A program made the position numbers and the translations under genes. The notes below the pieces were generated by a model. The model was not told the DNA's origin, ran no database searches, and was given only the letters and a program-made list of their open reading frames with translations. From a virus, in IMG/VR virus record IMGVR_UViG_3300025000_000067, positions 38,132-102,131 of that record: a DNA stretch of 64,000 bases. One strand, written 5' to 3'. Shown here one piece after another: positions 57,502-64,000 of this stretch. Numbering within the stretch: position 1 is the first letter of the stretch; every line of letters starts with the position of its first letter.

Positions 57502-57945
57502 ATGCATGAGCAATCAGGGTTGGGTGCTCGAAAAATACATCGAATGCCTACGTATGATGGCACACAGATTGGTCGTATTACCAGTGCTGAGGGCTTTAAA
57601 GAATTTGGGAGAATCGAAGCTATTTTTCTTGACTATGGGCAACCATTTCCTATATGGGTAAGCGGTTCTGTAGATAGGGAGCCCGTGAGTGGTGATATGA
57701 TTCTTGTAGGGTTTATACAAGGTAGGCAAGATAGTCCATACATGCTAGGTTATGTCAGGAATGAAGCCTATACTTCTAATTTTATCCTAGTAGAAAAAGA
57801 CAAAATTACCCTACAGATACCAACAGATCCCGAGGATATAAAAGGCCACTTGCTTGATGATAGTAAGAAAGCTAGCCGTACCATACTTGAACTTACTGCA
57901 TCGGGTGCTACACTAAATGGTAAGCAGATAGCAACTATTGGCTAA
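57502..57945 (+). CDS. putative baseplate spike (gpV/OB-fold-like)
   Basis: P..GD..LVGF..G...P..LG. Confidence 0.55.
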   Translation: MHEQSGLGARKIHRMPTYDGTQIGRITSAEGFKEFGRIEAIFLDYGQPFPIWVSGSVDREPVSGDMILVGFIQGRQDSPYMLGYVRNEAYTSNFILVEKDKITLQIPTDPEDIKGHLLDDSKKASRTILELTASGATLNGKQIATIG

Positions 57946-57972
57946 TTGGTTAGGCAGAGGAGGGTGTAGGCA

Positions 57973-58575
57973 TTGGCCTTAGTATCAAATAGAACAGCGA
58001 ATCTTAAAAAAAGCTATCATCAAACATTTGAAATCCATACAAGTGGAAATACTAAAGTCGTTGTACGTCATACACTTATGCTTAACCCACAGAGTTTAAC
58101 CCAAGCGGAGCAGGCAAAAACAAGTGTAACACAGACCATTGGTGGGGTTTATGTCACAGACTTCGGTGAGGGCCTTCAGCAGGTAACCATTGCGGGTACG
58201 ACAGGATATAAGCAAAGGTATAATGCTGATGGTGAGCTACGTGATGGATTTGAGGAATTTAAACACTTCCGAAATGAAGTTTATCGTAAATTTGTTAAAT
58301 CAAATGACCCAGACTACATGATGTTTTGGTATAATTGGGAAGACGAGGAATATTACAGGATTCAGCCGATATCATTTCGCTTGCAAAGAAGTGTATCGGA
58401 ACCACTCCTTTACCGCTATGAATTTTCCTTCACCTGCCTAAATGAGGCTATCAAAGGTTATAAGGCCTCAGAGGTATATGATTCCAGCCTTGATTTTTCC
58501 GCGCTAGAAACATCCTTGTTTACGTCTACGGGTAATGCTACTAATGTCCTAAATGCTATGCTAGGAAATACTTAG
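57973..58575 (+). CDS. baseplate/tube-initiator-like protein
   Basis: LNPQSL, DFGEG...I.GTTG, RS...PLLY.Y. Confidence 0.55.
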   Translation: MALVSNRTANLKKSYHQTFEIHTSGNTKVVVRHTLMLNPQSLTQAEQAKTSVTQTIGGVYVTDFGEGLQQVTIAGTTGYKQRYNADGELRDGFEEFKHFRNEVYRKFVKSNDPDYMMFWYNWEDEEYYRIQPISFRLQRSVSEPLLYRYEFSFTCLNEAIKGYKASEVYDSSLDFSALETSLFTSTGNATNVLNAMLGNT

Positions 58576-58596
58576 AAGGGGAGGTGTAAAGGGCTT

Positions 58597-58974
58597 ATGG
58601 CCATCATGGAGGGTACTCTGTACTTACCTGCAGAACGCCTAAACTTTAGAAATTACCCTGAAGTAGCCACTTTGATGGGTGACATTAAAGATATTATTAG
58701 GTATTCCATAGAAGTTGGTAATGCTATAAAAGCTTATACTAGCAGTACACTCGATCGTATAAACCTTAACATCGTGGATCTTCAAAGGTGCATCCTGTTA
58801 TGCCGTACGGTATGTAGCACTCTAGGCTTAGCTCCTAATGTCTGCTATGACATCCTAGTAGAAATAAGGTCCCTACAAAACACACTGCAAACTCTTGTAT
58901 TTGTGAAAAATAGGTACGGAAGCCAGTATATAGGTGTACCTACGAATTTGACCATTAGGCCTAGTATTTTGTAG
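58597..58974 (+). CDS. hypothetical baseplate-region protein
   Basis: GGAGGTG SD. Confidence 0.6.
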   Translation: MAIMEGTLYLPAERLNFRNYPEVATLMGDIKDIIRYSIEVGNAIKAYTSSTLDRINLNIVDLQRCILLCRTVCSTLGLAPNVCYDILVEIRSLQNTLQTLVFVKNRYGSQYIGVPTNLTIRPSIL

Positions 58975-58991
58975 CAGGAGTTGAGGTACTT

Positions 58992-59912
58992 ATGATAGAG
59001 CATGTACTAACAGATGCTGATTCCCTACAATCACTAGCTCTTACATACCTAAAAGATGCTACACGCTGGGGGGAAATTGCTGATTATAATAGGCTTAGGT
59101 ATCCGTACATACTTCGAAGTAAGGAAGATATAAAAGACTTCTTCGGAAGTGGTTATATTACTATTGTACGTTCTGGGTACCAAAATGAAGCGCTTATACA
59201 AAAGGGTTGGACGTTTAAAACAGAATCAAGCCTACTAACAGGTAACACTGTTAGGGTATTCGAAGTTATAGAGGATACTGTTATACCCGCCGGGGTTCAG
59301 CAGTACGATGTTCCTCTCCGGTGCATCGTCCCTGGAGACTTCGGAAATGTTATGGAGTATACGATTACAGAAGCTGGGGATAATACCGTGCAGCTGAGTG
59401 GTATACAGTACCTAAGCATCTATAATGAATTAAAATTTTCTGGTGGTAGGACCTTGGATGTACGAATTACCGGAGAGTCTATATACATCCCTGTAGCATC
59501 AACTATTATGGCCCCAGAGGACGCCATAAAGATGCTTAGTTTCCTCGGTGGAGAAGATATACTACTTGATGATACAGGAAACCTTATTATAGAAGACGGT
59601 GGGGACTTGGCATCCATAAGTGGCACCAACAATATCCGCTATGCTGTAGCATCACGCTTAAAATCGGAGATTAATGATATAGCTCAACACCCGGAATACG
59701 GAACAGACTTACAGGACTTAATTGGCAGCCCAAACATCTCTAACCGAGAAAAGCTTATGGAGATTGCTGTCTACAGGTCTTTAGCTCAGGAAAGTAGGAT
59801 TACAGAAGTTTCTATAGTGAGCCTTACCGTGACTGGGACAAGTGTATTGTTAAGCTTAACTTACAAACTGTCGATGAACGGAGCATCGGACAGTATCACC
59901 CTAAGCTTATAG
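58992..59912 (+). CDS. LysM-like + gp25/W-like baseplate protein
   Basis: DSLQSLA..YL....W..IA..N; C-terminal HPEYG. Confidence 0.7.
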   Translation: MIEHVLTDADSLQSLALTYLKDATRWGEIADYNRLRYPYILRSKEDIKDFFGSGYITIVRSGYQNEALIQKGWTFKTESSLLTGNTVRVFEVIEDTVIPAGVQQYDVPLRCIVPGDFGNVMEYTITEAGDNTVQLSGIQYLSIYNELKFSGGRTLDVRITGESIYIPVASTIMAPEDAIKMLSFLGGEDILLDDTGNLIIEDGGDLASISGTNNIRYAVASRLKSEINDIAQHPEYGTDLQDLIGSPNISNREKLMEIAVYRSLAQESRITEVSIVSLTVTGTSVLLSLTYKLSMNGASDSITLSL

Positions 59913-59937
59913 TCTACTTTGAAAGAGGTGCTACACA

Positions 59938-61107
59938 ATGTCTTTTGAGCGAAAATCTATGGAGTACCTCACCAATCGGATGATTGGTTGGGTGCAGGGT
60001 GTTTCCACTAGATTGACTGACTTTCGCGTCGGTTCAAAAAATCGGGCCCTTATTGAAGCTGTAGCATTAGTTACTGAGGAGCTCTATGATAAAGTTTTTA
60101 GAGGCCTTAGACAGCTCATTGAAGATAGTATCTATGCTATCTTCAACTTCAATAAGATACCTGTAATCTATACTACAGGCATAGTCACTTTCTCTAGGAG
60201 TACGCCTGCAAACCAGAATTATACTATTACTGTAGGGACAATGCTTATGTCCCAAGCAACTCAGTACAGTGCACCTATTCGCTTCTATACGAGTGCTGAT
60301 GCTGTGCTATCTACTGGGACTACATCTGTGGACGTCCCTGTCATCTGTGATTTACCGGGAGTACAAGGAAACATAGCAGCAGGAACTTTAACGACATTTA
60401 TACAAAAACCTATAGGTATTGAAGCAGTTACAAATTCCTTAGAATTTAGTACAGGTGCAGAAGAAGAAACTAAAGAAAATCAGAAAGATAGATTTCAAGA
60501 ATTCTTTGAAGCCCAAGCCCGGGGAGTTCTGCAATCCGTGGAGTATGGTGCTAAACTGGCAAAAGTAATAGACCCTACAACAGGCAGTCCTATAGAAGTC
60601 GTGTTGCAGGCCGTAGCTATAGAAAACCTACCTATCCGTAAAGGCGAAGTTGACCTCTATGTGTGGAATGGTGTAGGAGTAGCATCAGCAGACCTTATTA
60701 CTGCCATAAATACTATACTAAAAGGGTACTATGATTCGGATGGAAATCCTGTGTATGGGTATAAGCCCGCTGGTATTATGGTAAACGTATACTCAGCGTC
60801 AACTAAACTCGTCAAAGTTAGAGTAATTGCTGTAGCTGAAATATACACAACTGTAGACCTTCTGAAGCCTCTAATGGAGGCTGAGATAACTAGGTACTTT
60901 GCCAGTTTAATTATTGGGCAAATGATCGAGCAGCCAAACCAGACCGTTGTACAATCTGCTTTACAGGCAGGTATTAAAAAAATAGATGGAGTGTATGATG
61001 TGAAGGTATACCTGTCAATTGATGATGGGGTAACATTTACCACAGATAATGTTACTGTGCTAGGGGCACAAATTGCTCTAGTAAGTTTTCCGGTAGTGTA
61101 CGTTTAA
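59938..61107 (+). CDS. baseplate J-like wedge protein
   Basis: TDFRVGS, G..GN, TGAEEET. Confidence 0.85.
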   Translation: MSFERKSMEYLTNRMIGWVQGVSTRLTDFRVGSKNRALIEAVALVTEELYDKVFRGLRQLIEDSIYAIFNFNKIPVIYTTGIVTFSRSTPANQNYTITVGTMLMSQATQYSAPIRFYTSADAVLSTGTTSVDVPVICDLPGVQGNIAAGTLTTFIQKPIGIEAVTNSLEFSTGAEEETKENQKDRFQEFFEAQARGVLQSVEYGAKLAKVIDPTTGSPIEVVLQAVAIENLPIRKGEVDLYVWNGVGVASADLITAINTILKGYYDSDGNPVYGYKPAGIMVNVYSASTKLVKVRVIAVAEIYTTVDLLKPLMEAEITRYFASLIIGQMIEQPNQTVVQSALQAGIKKIDGVYDVKVYLSIDDGVTFTTDNVTVLGAQIALVSFPVVYV

Positions 61108-61120
61108 GGGGTGAAGTTAC

Positions 61121-62593
61121 TTGAAAATGATGAGCAAGCTTTTAGGCCACCTAGGTAGGGTATGGAACACAGCCCCTAAGGACTTTGAATCTTTAGTCTT
61201 ACAGCAAAATAACGGTGCACATAGCCTAATAACTGTAGAAACAAGTCAAATATCCTTTCACTCTACACCCTTTCGAAGCAGCATGACTGCCAGGCAAGTT
61301 CTATCTCTAGATGCATATAGTCTTAGTGGCCTTGCCGAGGCGATCAATAGCCTAGGGTACAGCGCATATATTACACAGAAAGCGGTAGACTCTGGTTATG
61401 GAAGTCTAAAAGCCTGTACTTTGATGCCTATTGAAAACGTACCTATACTAAGCGCTACGTTATCATCCTTTACTTCACCTTTATGGCAACTTTTATATCC
61501 GTTATCCCGCCTACTAGAGGAATTAGATAACGATACAGAAAAAGCTATGGCTCAGGTGTACACGAGTTCAATTACCGGGACGTGGATGGATTATTGGGCA
61601 ACTTTTTTTAAGCTTAAGCGCTTACCTGAGGAATCGGATACTCACTTCCAAAAACGCCTGTTTGTGGCTCTAATGAACATGAAAACCAATAATGTAGCCC
61701 TTCAGGAGCTTCTGAAGTACACAACAGGTGGCAGTGCTATAGTTTCAGACCATGCACCAGCTCAGTTTAAGGTTTTAATTGACCCTAAATATATGAGTAC
61801 GGTAGCATCTGTTCACCAAATTATTACAGAAGCTAAAGGTGCCGGCATTGATTACTTCCTAAATTACCTAAGTGTAGAAGAGGAGAGCTACATAGCCTAC
61901 TTCAGGGATACTAACGGGGTGTCTTTTGCAGACTCTGATGCCGTGCGTAGCTTAATGAACATGACCTGTTCTGAGCATACTTATGATTATGAACAGGACA
62001 GGCTCAAGATGTTTCGGGTCGGCTTTACCAAAATACTTACAGGTGGTTTTAAGCTGCTGCCGAAGACAACAGTATCTAAGAGTATGAGAGCAGTGCTTGC
62101 TGAAAGCTCTATGAGTGCCCTAGGGTCCTATACTGAAGCTTTTGTAGCTCCCCTAACCTCAGACTCTAAGAGTATGCAGACAACTAATTCTGATGTATAC
62201 TTAGCACCAACCGAAGCTGAGCACAGAGAAGTGCACTTGAGTGAACTGACTGAAGCAGTTGTAGACATACACACACTGGAAGTATTATGTACTTTCCTAG
62301 AGGAATTTGAAACCCCGCTAGAAGAAGTTGCATCTAAGATAGCACTTGTAACGTGCAATAATGCCTATGTACCACCTTCCGAAGTTCAGAGTAAAAGTCT
62401 AGTGCTTACCACAGAGGAAAGTTATAAAGATCCTACTATTAAGGGTACTTGGGGATTTACGACTAACTATAGTCGCACTTTTAGCCCTACAAATGCATTG
62501 GCTAAGGCTAAGTTATCAAAACGAGATATACGAATGCAGGAAACTTTAAGTATGCTTTTAACAGTGGATGGAGTAATCATCAAAGCGATGTAA
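61121..62593 (+). CDS. baseplate wedge protein (gpI-like)
   Basis: G.WMDYWA.FF...R..EESD; K.AGI. Confidence 0.6.
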   Translation: MKMMSKLLGHLGRVWNTAPKDFESLVLQQNNGAHSLITVETSQISFHSTPFRSSMTARQVLSLDAYSLSGLAEAINSLGYSAYITQKAVDSGYGSLKACTLMPIENVPILSATLSSFTSPLWQLLYPLSRLLEELDNDTEKAMAQVYTSSITGTWMDYWATFFKLKRLPEESDTHFQKRLFVALMNMKTNNVALQELLKYTTGGSAIVSDHAPAQFKVLIDPKYMSTVASVHQIITEAKGAGIDYFLNYLSVEEESYIAYFRDTNGVSFADSDAVRSLMNMTCSEHTYDYEQDRLKMFRVGFTKILTGGFKLLPKTTVSKSMRAVLAESSMSALGSYTEAFVAPLTSDSKSMQTTNSDVYLAPTEAEHREVHLSELTEAVVDIHTLEVLCTFLEEFETPLEEVASKIALVTCNNAYVPPSEVQSKSLVLTTEESYKDPTIKGTWGFTTNYSRTFSPTNALAKAKLSKRDIRMQETLSMLLTVDGVIIKAM

Positions 62594-62613
62594 AAATAGA
62601 GGAGGAAAACACT

Positions 62614-63189
62614 ATGCAATACTCAGAAGAGTTCAAAACCCCAAAGGGATTTATAGATGTTTACGGCCACAAGGGTAGCCCAGAGTTTGTAAAAATTGGA
62701 CTAGGGGAAAAACAGGGGTACTTCGTTATCCCTAAAGATTCAATTGTTCAAGAAATGCATGTTAAGAATTTAGTGGTTGCTAAGGCATCTAAATTTATGG
62801 CAAAGCGTATGGTCCCCGGTGTTTCATGGGGTGCAGGAATAGGATACCTAGAGCTTGGCACAGGTGTTGGCACAGGAACTACTCAAGCACCGCAGGCAGA
62901 AGCTTCAACTCAGGAGGCACTTAGAACATCACTTATACGGAATCCTATTTCAGCGTGGACCTATCTTGACGGTGATGGCGCACCAACTGCTACAGAGACA
63001 AACGTGGTGCAGTACTCAACAACTTTCACAGAATTAGAGGCCATAGGTGCTCTAGTGGAGATGGGCTTATTCGGTGGTGACGCAACAGCTACTGCAGGGA
63101 CCGGATATATGTTTAACTACAAGGTCTTTGCGGTCTGGAATAAAGATGACACTATGCAATTAACTATCCGCTGGGAGATAACATACTAA
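62614..63189 (+). CDS. baseplate/tail fibre attachment protein
   Basis: KNLVV, LGTG, EMGLFGG, W.ITY. Confidence 0.6.
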   Translation: MQYSEEFKTPKGFIDVYGHKGSPEFVKIGLGEKQGYFVIPKDSIVQEMHVKNLVVAKASKFMAKRMVPGVSWGAGIGYLELGTGVGTGTTQAPQAEASTQEALRTSLIRNPISAWTYLDGDGAPTATETNVVQYSTTFTELEAIGALVEMGLFGGDATATAGTGYMFNYKVFAVWNKDDTMQLTIRWEITY

Positions 63190-63229
63190 AACTAGGTGCC
63201 ATACCTAGGTTAAGAGGAGGGGTAGTCAG

Positions 63230-64000
63230 ATGCCTGATTTTACAGTTGTGGATAAATTTGACCCGAGTAAGTCATTTACTCGGGTGGTCTTCGGAAGTGA
63301 TTCTGTTCTTTTAGAGGTAGAGTTAAATGAGCTTCAGAAAATCCAGAATTACCAGCGGGCACTTTTAGCACGCTTACTAGTGACTAATGGGTTTGTAGCA
63401 AAAACAGCTATGACGCTTTCTAGTAGCATTCTGACCGTCCCAGCAGATACTATACTAGTTAATGGGGACTTCATCGAAGTCCTAGAGAATATGTCACTAG
63501 GTGTCTCAAGCGGTGACACGGTGTACGCTGCTATTTCTGAAGTTGAGGTTACGAGCTTAACCACCCTAAAAAAGAGCGGAAATCTAAGTGGTGGGAGTAC
63601 CATTACTAACGATCTTTTAGATGGTCGCGTGGGTGAAGAAACTACGCATCGGACACAAAAGCAAATTCAGCTTGTGAAGTCAAATTCTGACACAAGCAAA
63701 ACCTATATACCAGTAGCAACGATTACAAGTGTAGACACATTTACTGACAATCGTACTTTAGTAGTACCCACTTCTGTAATACAAACCCAACCCCTCACCA
63801 TTCCACATGGACTAAGCTTAGTCACAACAGACCGCAAAACGCCCATTAATGCGCTTGCGTTTAATGGAATAACTAGACTTAATATACTAGGTAAAGATGG
63901 AAACTGTGAGGATATTAGTAAGTGGGGTTATGGAGGATGTTCTATCTCACTTGATTCTTCTAATTATGCAGTTGGTAGTAATAGCATTAAAATAACGTTA
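63230..64000 (+). CDS. tail fibre-type protein, truncated by window end
   Basis: GAGGAGG SD; MPDFTVVDKFDPSKSF..LLEVELNELQ; appears open to the window end. Confidence 0.65.
   Translation, partial: MPDFTVVDKFDPSKSFTRVVFGSDSVLLEVELNELQKIQNYQRALLARLLVTNGFVAKTAMTLSSSILTVPADTILVNGDFIEVLENMSLGVSSGDTVYAAISEVEVTSLTTLKKSGNLSGGSTITNDLLDGRVGEETTHRTQKQIQLVKSNSDTSKTYIPVATITSVDTFTDNRTLVVPTSVIQTQPLTIPHGLSLVTTDRKTPINALAFNGITRLNILGKDGNCEDISKWGYGGCSISLDSSNYAVGSNSIKITL

Noticed and set aside
1-64000. Stop-codon reassignment
   Set aside because: Long genes are intact under the standard code and TAA, TAG and TGA all terminate genes.

Overview
The window is part of a large contractile-tailed (myovirus) phage genome of a Firmicute-like host. 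It shows strong GGAGG ribosome-binding sites and an SPO1/K/A511-type terminase, portal, capsid and tail gene order; almost everything is on the + strand. 1-14150 is a dense array of small accessory, probably early, genes (PAPS-reductase family, dCMP deaminase, DEDDh exonuclease, Cys-rich proteins). Its left end is built as cassettes behind a repeated TCCACT-N17-TATRKT promoter and a 5' hairpin. 14150-15170 is an AT-rich non-coding gap with a 35-bp inverted repeat. 15171-64000 is the packaging, head, neck, tail and baseplate module. Between the portal/minor head genes and the prohead protease sit two giant ORFs. One is a 2488-aa polyvalent protein (JAB x2, HExxH/LPD1, ParB-like, ferritin-like, ART-like). 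The other is a 2212-aa protein holding a sigma70-like region 2-3-4 domain plus an SNF2-type helicase. Their domains are separated by the same [LIVMF]-x-K-[SAG] motif that recurs in the scaffold, capsid and portal. I interpret this as a candidate virion-packaged, protease-matured effector and transcription system (inference). Separately, the palindrome CTTCNGAAG occurs about 50 times by eye, against about 1 expected. All family assignments come from motif recognition by eye; no database searches were run.
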